NCBI GenBank assembly: GCA_017499595.2
Contig: CM038999.1
Coordinates: 992,001-1,056,000, forward strand
DNA: 64,000 nucleotides
From: Psilocybe cubensis
Lineage: Eukaryota
Direction of reading: 5' to 3'
Each line of letters begins with the position of its first letter. The stretch's first letter is position 1. The notes under the pieces were generated by a model, which was not told the origin of the DNA, did not search any database, and saw nothing but the letters and a program-made list of their open reading frames with translations. The translations under genes were made by a program, and so were the position numbers. Shown here in pieces: positions 51,491-64,000 of the stretch.

Positions 51491-53068
51491 CTACTGAGCG
51501 CCCTCAACATCTGCAGGTGCTCGCATCGGCGCGCCAACGCCTCCTACGTCAGAGAGATGGATGTCGTTCGGTGAATTAAATACCAAAGTGGCTAGTTTCG
51601 AAGGTTGGGTTACTTGACCGACATTTGCAGTTTGATGTAGATTGAGCATCATTCGAGATGTCATTGACACGGAGATGCTGAAATGCCATTAAAGCTTATG
51701 GTTTCTCGCGTAGATTCCCAGGAAAAACTTACTTGCATACCAACATAGACAAACATCCGCGTAGTATAGGCTTGAAATCATTCTCTGAGTCTCATTGCTC
51801 TAAAATAGTACTAATTTGAGCACACCTTGGAAGACTTCATCAAGTCGTAAGTAAAAATTGAATCCGTGAGCTTCGGAAAGTGACGCACATAAAATGTAGC
51901 AATATTCGCTAGATTAAACATTAATGCTATACTGAAATGGTGTCAGTGTCCTGTAGATGCAGAGCAAGGACATCGGTGAAATAATACAAGTAATATGCTA
52001 TCCCTGTTAATGGAATATTTTAGACTTGCAATTGAGTGGATTAGTCCATACTGACCATCTTGAAGCAGAGCGTGATGAAGAGGCATTAAATGGCCATCGA
52101 AAGGCCAACGCCGTCGATATCTGCATGCTTTGTAGACAAGAAATCCGAACAGCATGGTGTCGTACGCAATTAAGCATTCCCAAGCCGCAGCCAATCCTGT
52201 GGTTACTTTAGTGTGATCAAATGTTGGCGGGTTCGCTCGGCCTTACGTGTTGCGCTGCGGACACGCACCGACATTAGTTGTGGAGAGATGGATGAGTACG
52301 GCCTACGGAGGATCTCATTTGAGTAGATGGGAACTACTTACGTCCGATGCGATATTCCAAGCTTGCAATCAAGCTCCGTATCGTCGATAGCCGTCATCTG
52401 GTGAAATAATGTCCACTAATGGTGCTATAAGGTTAAAATCTCTCCTGTAATCTATGAAGAAAACTTACACATGTTATACCGACCAAAGTAGAAGCAACCA
52501 TGACCATAAACATTAAAAGTCGAAGCGATCGCTTGTACAAAGCGTACACTCGTAAGCTCAGTTGCACTGAGACAGGCATAAACGAACGGTTACCTATAAT
52601 CCATTTTTACGAATACATTACTCACCACATATGATAACTTCGATTAGCACTAACAAGACCTCACGAAATGTGCCATGAGCGGACAGCGAACACCTGCTTT
52701 GAGTATGAGTCAACAATGAGACGAAGAACACGCTTCTTTCACCGGGTACCTCTACACTTCGCGGTAAGTTTAATCGTACCTTGAAGTATGTAAATTGACC
52801 GCACCTGTGCTGAATGAGCATTCTCCCCTATTCCAGGTATGACGATAATGATGTTTGCTATGATGGCAAAATATCTATTGACCAGGAAAGAATACGCGCC
52901 CAGGCTCTTAGGTGGCTCCCAGATGAAAGTAACCTCTGTGCCAAAAGTGACTGAATAATCATAGAACAAACATGTAATGGCCGCAACATGTAGATAGTTG
53001 TTGATGAGACTGTGAGAGGTGGAAATATGTAAGACTGGTGCAATAAAGATGACGATCAAATTAAACAT
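51491..53068 (-). CDS. DUF6533-like multi-pass membrane protein, paralog 1, multi-exon
   Basis: ITCLFYDYSVTFGTEVTFIW...FLVNRY, LSLRVYALYKRS, AWECLIAYDTMLF, LLQDG, ISVSMTSRMMLNLH. Start codon uncertain. Confidence 0.75.
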
Positions 53069-54269
53069 ACATTTGCTGGTCGACCGTGCTCTGAGAAAGA
53101 TTTCCAGGTAAAACTCCAGACATTGTGGAAGCATCGAGCGTTGAAGACCGGGAGAAATGCACGAAGGTATGATGGACCTGACGGTTTTTGTATGAACGAA
53201 GACCAACTGACAAAGTACTAGCCGATCTTTAATTCGCATGTATTCTCCATTAGAATACGATTTGTGCGTCAGGGTCCTGTTTGGACTATGCGTCAGTAGT
53301 CATCCCGACCACACAGGAGGTTTAGAAAGATTGCCGAATAGTTTCTATCAAACTAAGAGGACAAGTACCACTGCATCGTTAAAGACCTGAGTCCACCATA
53401 CTCCACGATAGTCCGAAATGGCGGCTGAATGATGATACCCTACTGTACGCCCCGACTTCTCCAGAGCCGACATTGCTAACAATTGACAGCCCCGTGCCGA
53501 AGCGCGCTGTCAATACGTCAGAAGGAAAAATGAATCTAGAGCGCATGGTTGGTGTCGAATAGGAGGAAAAGAACGGAGTTTAACTTCTTGCAAGCAAAAA
53601 AACCTTCAATGGCCTCCGCAAACTTATCGTTCCATGAATAAATAATCGATGAATGGATCAGGTCGAATGCTGCAGCCGAGTACAGAAGAATCGATAAATA
53701 TGTCCTTCGCTCTGTTTCAGAGGATTATGCAAGATGTCCAAAATGTTACTGCAGTTGTAACGGCCTAAAAGAGACCAGGGATCCGGGACAGTAGTAACGT
53801 GAGAAATAAAACATTTGTTTGGAAGTCAAAACGTAGGAAAGAGTTGGACAGATTGCCTTCGTACGCATGCAGGTTGGTACCCCTTTGCTGTACGTAGCGA
53901 ACAGGAGAAAGTTGAGAACACACTAGAACACACCCAGACGCTTGGTGATTCCGAACATTGAACGGACACTTCGATAACGCTGACGATCATTGCCATTGCC
54001 ACTGCCAGCAAATCTGTCTGCACGTGGCACGTGCGGTGAAAGCGCTGGTGGGAAATTCCCGGTTCGGGTTCCGGATTGTCTCAAAGCTTGAATGCTTAAA
54101 TGTAAGTGCAAGACCAGTTAAAATGGGTAATTACAAGGCGAAATGCGCAAAAGTGATATGATATGACGATGATGTGGTGGGTTGGTGGTAGATATTTTTC
54201 AGATAAAAGGGAGCTTATAGTTGTTAGGACCTAAGAATTTATGTTATATGATACCGTCAAATACCAAGT

Positions 54270-55857
54270 TCAATGCTGAAAGCTTATAGAAGAGAGGTTG
54301 GTAGTGTCCGATGTAAGTCCAAGTTTAGCCCTCTGGTGCAAGTTCAACATGAGGCGAGACATCATGATAATCGAAATGCTATGTATTTAAACGTCATCGC
54401 TCAGCGACCGTTTACTCGTGAATACCATTGAGTCACGGTTCACACTTACTTGCATGAGATATTCGATACCGAACCGCGTAGAACCCGCTAAGTAAATAGA
54501 TTGACATTCATTTCAGCCCAGTTGGAATTAAACCGGATTCACATCTAAACGCTGACCTGGGGTAACTGGTTGAAGATGAGAAGATGATCGCAAGGGAAAG
54601 AAAAAATCAAGTTACATAGAAAGTGATGGCATTTGCCAAATTGATCAAAACAGCCCCACTGGAAGATATGAGTTGGAACATATCGCAAAAGTCATATAGG
54701 GTTAATACACACAGATAGTAGAGAATACCTGTTTAATACCAGTTTTTCAATATAGCGTATATCATGTCTGAAGGGGGATTTCTTACCGTCCCTTAAGAGC
54801 AGATCTCTCAAGGGTAATTGCCTGCTTCGATTAGTGACAGGGAAACGAAACCTGTCATCCTTTTCAAATGTTTTAAATACCAACAAGGTAAATATGAAGG
54901 AATCATAGGCGATGAGAGCCTCCCATGGGAGAGCAATTTCTGTCAGATAAAAAGATAAGTTAAATGACCGGATGCTTCACATTGCAGATACTCACTGTTG
55001 GCGCTACGAGTAGAAACGTGTTGATTTCTTTAACGAAAACCTTATTTGTCGAATCTGTGGGAACATACGTGGTTCGAGACAGACCAATTTGACAGCCATT
55101 GGTTAAGTCTGTTGTTCCTGGTTGCCCGCGTATAACCATTACCTACCAAAAATTATCGATGAGCAAACTTTAATACTGTGTTTATGACCATGTCTCGTCC
55201 ATACCACTGATACTACCATAAGTAAGGTTCCTCCAACAACCATAGCCATCAATACACGGCGCGACCTTGCATAGAGAGCGTAGACCCTAAGACTGAGAAG
55301 CACTAGATAATAATTTAATAAGATCAAAGGGAAGATACCGCATTAGTATACGGAGGTGAACTCACCGCATACAAGCATCTCACTTACTACTAAAACAAAT
55401 TGGCGAAATATACCTGGACTTTCCAGAATGCACCTGAATTCAATGTTAATAAAATTTCTCAGCAGGGCTCTAAATCTAGAATGAACCGCACCTCTAATTT
55501 GAACTTTAGGCGACACGCTGATATACTTTGCTGATGATTTGCGACTTACCTTAGCCCCCGACTCATCCTCTGTGAGCTGGTCAAACGAAGGGATGAGGAG
55601 TAGGATGTTGGTCGCGACCGCCAGATATCTATGAAGAAAAAACAGCATGGTGCTTAGATTCTTTTTCGCCCTCCAGATACAGTCAATCTCGGTCCCAAAA
55701 GTGATGAGGTGGTCATAAAAGAGACAAGTAACGGCTGAAAAATGCAGAGCTTGATGAACCCATCTAGAGTTAACACACATGTGAGACTAATAATTCGATG
55801 GAATATCGGAAGGTATACTTACGCATCGTAGATGTCCTCAAACGTGATGACAGACAT
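54270..55857 (-). CDS. DUF6533-like multi-pass membrane protein, paralog 2, multi-exon
   Basis: VTCLFYDHLITFGTEIDCIW...FFLHRY, LSLRVYALYARS, PWEALIAYDSFIF, LLLRDG, ISIIMMSRLMLNLH. Confidence 0.75.
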
Positions 55858-56846
55858 ACTTTTATTGACTATTCTGAAGGCGGAGGATGAGTGGACCGAA
55901 AGATAGGGTATTGGCACAATGTACTATGAATTTAAACCAAAGGTTGTAAAGTGCCATAGGTTATGTTTACTGTCGTCGGTCGTATCAGGCTGTTGACATT
56001 CGAGCTGTGCGGCTATGAGCTTCCTGTCTGCATCGTGTCACCGAATTCCGAATTCCCTCGAATCCAACCTCAGCCCTCAAGTCGGCGGGTGAGAGACTTA
56101 CCGAAATGAAATCAATGGAATGATAAGCGCCAACGATAGCAAGTTTTCATCAATCATCGGCGCCAGCATTGCGAGGATCCTTTCACGTCCAACTGGTGAA
56201 TGCAATTAGGCCTGAATGCGATATTTTATATGTATTTCGACTGCTTCAAAATAAATTGTATCTGTTTGTTTGCCGCACTAGTCATACCATCGTAATTAAC
56301 ACAAAAATAATATGTTCGTACATTGATCTATTGCTGTACCGATCTAGAGACTTCAGTTTCTCATCGCCACTGCAATTGACACAACTTTACTTACCTTTTG
56401 CCAACCAATAGTTCATTTTTGTTGGCCGGAGATTTCCTATGACCGTCCTAAATGTACCACTGCGAGATGCAAGATGAATCATTCATCGTTCCAGTGCTGG
56501 CCCTTGCTTGGAAATTAAGCATCGGCGTAACGAAAGAAAGAAGCAACAGCATTTTGGAAGTCACAGAACAAGGAAGGTCATTGACAGTTACACAGTAGAA
56601 GCAATCCGCGAATGACGGGTTATTAAACTATGAAAGGCTTTCATTGATGGATTTGAACATGTTTGTCGTTAGTGCATAATCGAACAATTAGTCCGAGACT
56701 AAAGTAAGAGATGCACTGGAATTTGGCTACAATTGATTACACAAGACATCAGATCTACAGGAAAAATCGTCAAACAATCCATTTTGAAATTTGCACTACA
56801 TTGTGAACTTACCTGATAACAAGTAGATACGCTGAGTGAAGACCAC

Positions 56847-58751
56847 TTATAGCTCACCAGAGCAAACGGATTCCACCCATGCAACGTCACTTCTGACAGT
56901 CGTTAGATTTTGATATCCTTCGTCGGTAATTACGACGACGTCTTCAATCCTCACCCCCCCAACGGGTTCATACCGTTTCAGAACATCGTGATTTATGTGT
57001 TTTGATTCGCGAACAGCTGCCAAAAGATGAGGAGAGAAATAAATGCCTGGCTCTACAGTCTTCATTACAAGACTTAATTAGTATTTTGGTGATTTTTAAC
57101 AGAAATCAAATTGCACATACCACAACCATTCCAGTCTCCAAGGGCAGTCGAAGTCGCAAATAGGTATAAAAACTTTCATGTCCAAGAGTTACACCACCAA
57201 TGGTAGGATTTACGGCTGGTTTACTGGCGCTGGGAACGTCATGGACGTCCATGCCAAGAGAGTGTCCAACACCATGCGGGAAGAAAGCAGAAGAGACTCC
57301 ATCAGCGAGGATTGCTTCTTCAGAGTTCCACGATCCAGATCCAGGGGATTCGGGTGTCTTGAAAATCCCAAGTTTCTGGAATCCCTTAACTAATGTGCGA
57401 TGGCAAATGAGCTGCACGGCATCCCAGTGCAAGCCTGCTTTGATTATGTTAAAAGATTCCTAACATGCACAATGACTTGAGATGTGTTGAGTAGAGTCGA
57501 CGAGACGTTGATCTTACCTGTTGCATCTCAAGAACAAGTTCGTATATAGCTCGCGCCTCTGCGGTAAACTTTCCACCGTTGCCAACCGGCATGGTGCGAG
57601 TAATATCAGAAGCGTAGCAATTCCATTCACATCCTGCGTCAATAAGGAGGACCTGTGGGTTGAGCTCTTTTGTCTTCCCATGCGCAAGTTCGTTTTTGTT
57701 GTGATGATCATGCGGTTTTACAGGCCCCCATGCAAATTCTCGATCGTTGCAGCAGTAGTGTAAGGTCGATGCACGAGTTGATGCCGCGACAATTGGAAGA
57801 TACGCCTGGTGCACGGAACTAAACCACGTTCGGAAGTCAAATTGTGAGTCAAATTCACAATGAATGTAGCCCACCCTTCTCTTCTGCACGAAGCCACAAA
57901 AATAGCCTCGGCTTCGGCTTCCTTCTCAATCAACCATTCACCAGGGAGCAACGGTCTATCCACACCAGCTCCCGCGCCCGCTTCAATCTTCCCTTTCACT
58001 GCCTTGCCCAAGACCCTCATAATGACCTCGTGCGCGCGGGAGCTGATTTCGTTGGCCTTCTTGATGGCTGCAATTTCGTCAGAATCCTTGATTAAGCGTG
58101 CAGTTTGAAGAGCGGAGAGCAAGTATAGATCTGTAACGGCCCCATCAGCGTCGAGGACTTTTTGGGTGTATTGTGCAGGCAAAATAGGAAAAAGAGGGGA
58201 GTTTCGAGGTAGGGTATGAAATAGGGCTCCTGGAAGTGCCTTTAAAAGAGTATCAATTGCGGCTGGAATGGCGCTTGGGTGCTCCACAGTGGTTACATCG
58301 TAGGCTTGTTGCGCTTCAGCTAGAGAAGGTGGGGGAACCGACCACATCAAGTCCTCAAGTTCTGCTTTCGGAATGAATAGCGAAAGAGATGGTGTGGTCG
58401 AGAGGGAGGTTCCAGGCTGATACGCAGCTATAACAAAAGATGAGGGTACGTCGCATCCAGTCAAATAGTGGAAATTAGATTCTTGACGAAAAACGAGTTC
58501 GCGGTCGGTATCGTTGCGGAATTCGACAGCACCTCCTGCTAACAATAAAATTTGTGGCTGTTCCAGTCTCCGGATGAGCATAAGTAGTAAATTGGGAATT
58601 TGGACAAGTCGACACACCTTGGTACGTTCTGCTTCTGGAAGCAGTTTCACCAGATGCTCGAAAGTCTTTAGAACATGCTTTTGCGCTGTACATTTGAGTA
58701 AGCAAAGCCTATCATCACTTTCTAGTAAATTAAATGACCAGGGTACACCAT
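56847..58751 (-). CDS. Xaa-Pro dipeptidase/aminopeptidase P (peptidase M24B), multi-exon
   Basis: MVYPAQKHV start, [63 protein letters not shown] metal ligands. Confidence 0.92.
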
Positions 58752-58918
58752 GGTATGCTTGGGTTTGAAAAAGGATGATCGAGGTCGAGGACAAGAGATA
58801 AGATGTAGTTTTGGCACGAAATCAAATTCGTCCGTATTAGGAAGTAATTTGGTCCTCCCCAACCATGGATTCAGGAATCAGAGATACCCATGTCATCGCC
58901 GCACTACACCAACCTTCT

Positions 58919-59761
58919 ATGGCACCCAACCGCAAAAAACAGCCAAAATGCCAGGTTTGTTTGGATCAGGACTACAAGTATACATGTCCTCAGTGCAAGA
59001 TAGTCTAGTGAGCCCGGACACACGTATGACATTTTGTTTTGCTCACTGTTGATTCAGCTGTTCGTTAGGATGTTACAAGAACCACAAAGGCAAATTACAG
59101 GACTCGCTCTATAAGTCTCACATCTCTTACCTACTTCTTAAACAGAATCCATATGCACCGGACAAACCAATATCCTACCTGGCACGTCTAACGACAAACC
59201 TGTTACCGAAGACCAGGTTGAAATGCCAGGTATGTCTTTTTATGCTATTTATTGTTGGACGTGTATGGAAAACGGTTTAGATGAGGCAATGGAAAATTCT
59301 CCCCAAGAACCCCCTTTGACGGAACGAGTTCTTCTTCGGCCTCTGACATCCCTCAAGTGGCCATATGTACCCGACGAATCAGCATTTCCCGATCCTCTCA
59401 AACGCGATGACCCGAAAATGCTTCAACTTCCGCAGTATGAAGCCATTGGTGAGTAATCATTTCATTATTTTCTTTAGCCTTAGTTAAAGTACTGTTAGCG
59501 ACTTCCCCCGCCATTCGGAAAATACTTTCAGAGCATAAGAACCTTCCCGAATTACTTACTTCCATCGATAAACTTCGGGGTCATGATCGAGAGCATGCTC
59601 TTCAAAAAGCACTTGGTATCACTGCCCCGGAGATTGATGATCAACTTCGCCCCCCTGACCTCAGCGAAGATGTTTTGGCGTTGCGGGAGCTGGCAGAAGC
59701 TATCGAGGCCGCCGTTAGAGGTGGAAATCAGACAGCTCTTGGTTTGAATTGGGGAGAATGA
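58919..59761 (+). CDS. zf-HIT zinc-finger protein (Hit1/ZNHIT3-like box C/D snoRNP assembly factor), multi-exon
   Basis: MAPNRKKQPKCQVCLDQDYKYTCPQCKIVY|CSLGCYKNHK; LRPLTSLKWPYVP; C-terminal LRELAEAIEAAVRG. Confidence 0.82.
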
Positions 59762-60415
59762 AGCTGTGAACGACGTGTCATGGGGTCGTTCTTTTGGAGC
59801 TACGGCCGTCAGTATCATACGCTTGTGAAAACTACTGCCCCGGAATGCCGTTGCGCATAGGTTACACAAGCGGTGAAAATCCTCTACGAAAAGATGGGCT
59901 TTCTCCACAAGGCAGTCTACAACCTATTTTTAACAGTTCCAGCGCTCTCAAAACCCCAGATTGTCAGTTTAAACATAGTGTGAGTGCGAACTTTTCTTAT
60001 GACAGTGTAGCGCGTGATCAATTGGTTCCAGTACTCTCTGTAATAACTGCACACACGGAACACCAAGACGCCGTTGGACCTTGGGAGATGGGAGGTCAGA
60101 CCCCTTTCATAGTGATCGCTGATAAACGATGACGGATAGGCTACCTTTAATGCCATTCTTTTGCTCATGGGAAGGCAAAAACAGTTCTGCCAACTTCGGC
60201 ATGTCGTATAAACGTCATTTTTTCTGGGACTGTTCGGCCCGCTTTTTTTACCCCACCTTTACCCCTCGAAAAAGACAGACTGTGCGAAAGCGACATTATG
60301 GCGTCTATGTATATCTTCCCTGTATATGACCAACAAAGTCAGATGCCCCTTCTTCAACTCGTCCTTAGAGGCAATACCAACCAATCCCCAAAGCTTTTAT
60401 TACATTCTCCCCAAC

Positions 60416-63017
60416 ATGTCAGAGAAAGGGAACGCCAATGATTCGGTGGTAGGGAGTGTCGATGGGACTCCTCCGTCCAAGCACCATGAAAGGCTACCTG
60501 AACCTGGATCAACTGAACGAATTCTAGCCGAGCGCAAGTTGGTGCGGAAACTGGACATGCGACTATTACCCACAATATTTCTTATTTTCATCATGAATTA
60601 CATCGATGTCAGTAATTATTGGCTTGAACTTTGAATGGAGGATGATACGATCCGGGCAGCGTAATGGGGTTACAACAGCGAGACTGAAAGGGATGCAACA
60701 AGACTTGCACATCAACGGTGCGTCTCTTTTATTCTCATTGTGCCGTTCCATGAAATTTCTTAGTTGCTGGTTCTAGATGTCCAGTATGCTACTGTTATTG
60801 CCATCCTATTTGTGTCCTACTGTCCTGCCCAAATACCCTCGAATATGGTGTGTGTCGTTACCTCTTATTAATGGCGTATCTCTGAAAATGTCTGTCAAGA
60901 TACTCAACAAAGTCAGTCGGTGCGTAGGCGGCTACATAATCTCATTTCACCATTCTGAGTCTGTTCTATGGCGGCAGCCCCTCATTATATATTGGGATAT
61001 GCACGGTACTATGGGGCCTGACCAGCCTTTTGACTGGTGTATGGTGTTTTCCCACCTCAGTCTGTGATAGACGTACTTATCCCTTGTCAATAAGGTTACG
61101 AAAAACTTCGCTGGAATCATCGCTTGTCGGGTTTTCATCGGTTTGCCAGAAGCAGCGTTTTATCCTGGGGCTATTTTCCTTTTATCTCGATGGTATACCA
61201 AGAAGGTAAGGCTTCCGATTCAGTTCACCGCGTTTTTTATATACGAACGGGCAGCTGATTTTTCGGCACAGGAATTAGCGTTCCGTTCAGCTTTTCTCTA
61301 TGCAGGATTGCTAATTTCCAATGCTTTTGGGACTGTAAGTCCTTTTTGGTATTTCTTTGAGTTCATTATATTTTGCTAATAGTACTTCAGTTAATGGCAG
61401 CCGGTATACTTGCTAACATGGAAGGAAAGCGAGGAATTCGTGCATGGCGCTGGTAAGTAACAGCGTTCCCATGCTTGCCTGTCAACTCACCCTCCTGTTC
61501 CTCCAGGCTATTCTTTATAGAAGTAATAAGCATAGTTGATGAGGTGGCAATTAATTGACTAATTTCTCTAACTTCAGGGTGCAATTACGATTTGTGTTGG
61601 GTTGAATAGCATGTGCGTTTTATTTATTTTAATCATAACATCTTCAATTGTTATCTTAACATGGTACAGATGGCTGCTTCCAGATTATGTTGGTGATCTT
61701 TAAATGTGATCTTTCAAGCGTGGGCTCTGAGAGTATATGCCAGCCCCATAACACCAGATGGATGTCACCCTTCGAATCTAGGCTCGCACAGGCACGACTC
61801 TCCGAAGATGCAGGGGAAGCCGATTTAGACAATGAAAGCGATTCGTATGTTCCGATAGTATTCTAGCCACGGGTTTAAGACTGACTCCATGGCTTCCTAG
61901 ACAACTCCAGGGACTCATTCTTGCAATCAAGGATCCCAAAGTATTGATCTTCGCCATAATGACTATTTCGCAACTTCTGGGCCTCAGCTTTGTCCAATTC
62001 TTCCCAACGTAAGAGACCGTCTGATGCGACGTTCTTTTCTCTTCTTTTCGAATAACTTACATTTTTAAATAGTCTCACGGCAACCCTTGGCTTCAGCACA
62101 ACTGCCACCTTACTACTAGCTGCGTATGTCCATTTATATGGTATATATAGGTAATGTTACTGATTGGTTTCTAGTCCTCCGTGGATTGTCGCATCTGTGA
62201 TATGCTGTTTGAATGCCTGGCATGCTGGTACATCTGGTTTTCTGGGACACCATAAAGTTTATTAATAAAGATCCTATCTTGCAGATAAAACTGGAGAGCG
62301 CTTCTTCCATATTGCAGGCTGGTGGTGGGGTGTTATTGTTGGTTTTATCATTGCCTTGTCTACCATGTCCATTGCTGCGCGCTACATTTCTCTGTTCTTC
62401 ATGGCCTGTGGCTATGTAGGTATGTTGCCTTTCAGGTTATCAATATTTTATCAGGTATCTTGAGCAAAGTCGAATCCAGGTTTTGCAATGACCTTAGTCT
62501 GGGTGTCCAATGCTGTACCCCGACCTCCTGCGTAAGTTTTGTATATCTTCTTTTTGTTATAAGTTTTGGCCGACGCACCGCATTTACACAGGAAAAGAGC
62601 AGCTGCTATTGGAATCGTCAATGGATGTGGGAACATTGGTAATGTGTAAGTTGATTTCTCAGGGTACTGGACCTCAGTTCAACGCAATACCTGTAGCATG
62701 GGATCATACACCTGGAAAGCTGCTTGGAGCCCGAAATATCACCAGTCGATGGCGATATCTCTTGGTGCACTTGTAATCAGCACCTTACTCTCATTAGGTT
62801 TGCATAGTATTTATTTTCTCTGTGAATTGTGCTTACACGCATTGCCACGACAGTGATCCGGCAGATGCTCGTGCGAGAGAACAAGAAGCTTGATGCAGAT
62901 GAGAAGGCTTTCATGTTAGGCACAGATCGCACTCGTGTCGAGGAAGCCGCGAAGCTCGAAGGCCTAACATTTGAACAAGCCATGGAAAGAAGAAAGGGAT
63001 TCCGTTATTTGTACTGA
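60416..63017 (+). CDS. MFS transporter, anion:cation symporter (Dal5/Tna1-like) family, many exons
   Basis: ERKLVRKLDMRLLP, MNYID|RNG, QIPSNM, GLPEAAFYPGAIFLLSRWYTKK|EL, GIRAWR|LFFIEG, PRPPAKRAAAIG, GFRYLY end. Confidence 0.9.
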
Positions 63018-63156
63018 TATATTTCGGGTGAATGACGTCTGTGAAATCTGCTGTGTATGTTGTATAATCATTTATAAGAATAATGAACTATAAGCAAAAG
63101 GCTTATTTCCAAGAAATACATTCATTTCTTATCGTTAGGCGTTAACTTCGTGGGTA

Positions 63157-64000
63157 CTAAAACTTGACAAATTTGCCTTCCTTTTTCTGGCGCCGTTGGG
63201 ACCAGAGGAGATAGATGACGGCCATGATGGCCAGAAACGCGATGGACGATGTAACAGTCAGACCCGCGATGACAGATTTTGGTATATCGCTATACAGGAA
63301 GGAGGAGTTCAACAACTATTTAACAGAATTGAAACGTTTGCACATACTGTGAGGCTTCAGCTAGACTGAGAGGTGGTGACTGGATCTCGGCCGCGAAGGA
63401 ACTTAGAGGAATAAAAAATCAACATCATGTATCACGCAATCAAGGACATAAACACACTTTTGTTCATGGGCACCCAGGGACGGAGTGGAGTACAGGTTGG
63501 CAAAATCTACTGCAAAATCTCCAGTTGTGCCATTGGTTCCAGCGAATTTCAATTTCAATGTGTGGGTTCCACGTCCCAGGTTAGACGCGTAGTAAAGAAC
63601 CTGATGGGGTCTGACAGATGCTTTGCGCGCTGAGAAGGGGAAGAAGGGGCCATTGTCAACGGAAACAAGATACGAGGACACGCTGGTGGGTGTGACTGTT
63701 CCGTAAAGGAGGATAACATCGCCTTTGAATTTGTATTGAAGAGAAGCATTTGGATCATTCGTGATACTGATCTCGAGTAAATGAATGAGTAAAACAATTG
63801 TCGTAAGTGAAATTGCTTATAACTTACGTTCCAGTGCTCCCTGAGAAGGTTCCTGGCCTTGGAGACTGTCTCCACGACGAAGCCGGGAAGTAGGTGAAGG
63901 AGGGATCGTTGTCCTGGAAAGTGGCAGTGAGCAAAGGCTCATTGGTTTTTCCACTGTTTCCCTCAAAATACAACTACATTCAAAACATGTGAATTATTAG
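63157..64000 (-). CDS. 3' part of a single-pass membrane protein with extracellular beta-sandwich-like domain (truncated by window edge)
   Basis: FKGDVILLYGTV, YLVSVDNGP, QVLYYASNLGRGTHTLKL, FAVDFA; TM SVIAGLTVTSSIAFLAIMAVIYLLW then basic tail; stop at 63157. Confidence 0.65.

Overview
Intron-rich fungal (Agaricomycete/Agaricales-like; inferred) chromosomal segment with about 26 protein-coding loci and two tRNA genes (intron-containing tRNA-Tyr, initiator tRNA-Met). No mobile element or CRISPR is evident. Highlights: (1) a HAC1/HXL1/XBP1-type bZIP gene with a sequence-visible, predicted IRE1-type unconventional 50-nt intron (twin 7-nt-loop hairpins, 12356-12405) whose removal joins the bZIP frame to a second long ORF, with a 5' loop that departs from the CNG|CNG consensus; (2) a six-exon carboxymuconolactone-decarboxylase-like gene missed by the ORF track, which with a beta-hydroxyacid dehydrogenase and a cyclase-family hydrolase forms a candidate catabolic mini-cluster; (3) a head-to-head pair of bacterial-type PARG (TIGR02452/DUF2263) macrodomain genes around tRNA-Tyr; (4) a lysyl-tRNA synthetase with an in-frame upstream mitochondrial-presequence-like extension. 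There are four local paralog pairs (WSC, Rds1 ferritin-like, PARG, DUF6533-like). All exon structures and family calls were read by eye, without database searches.
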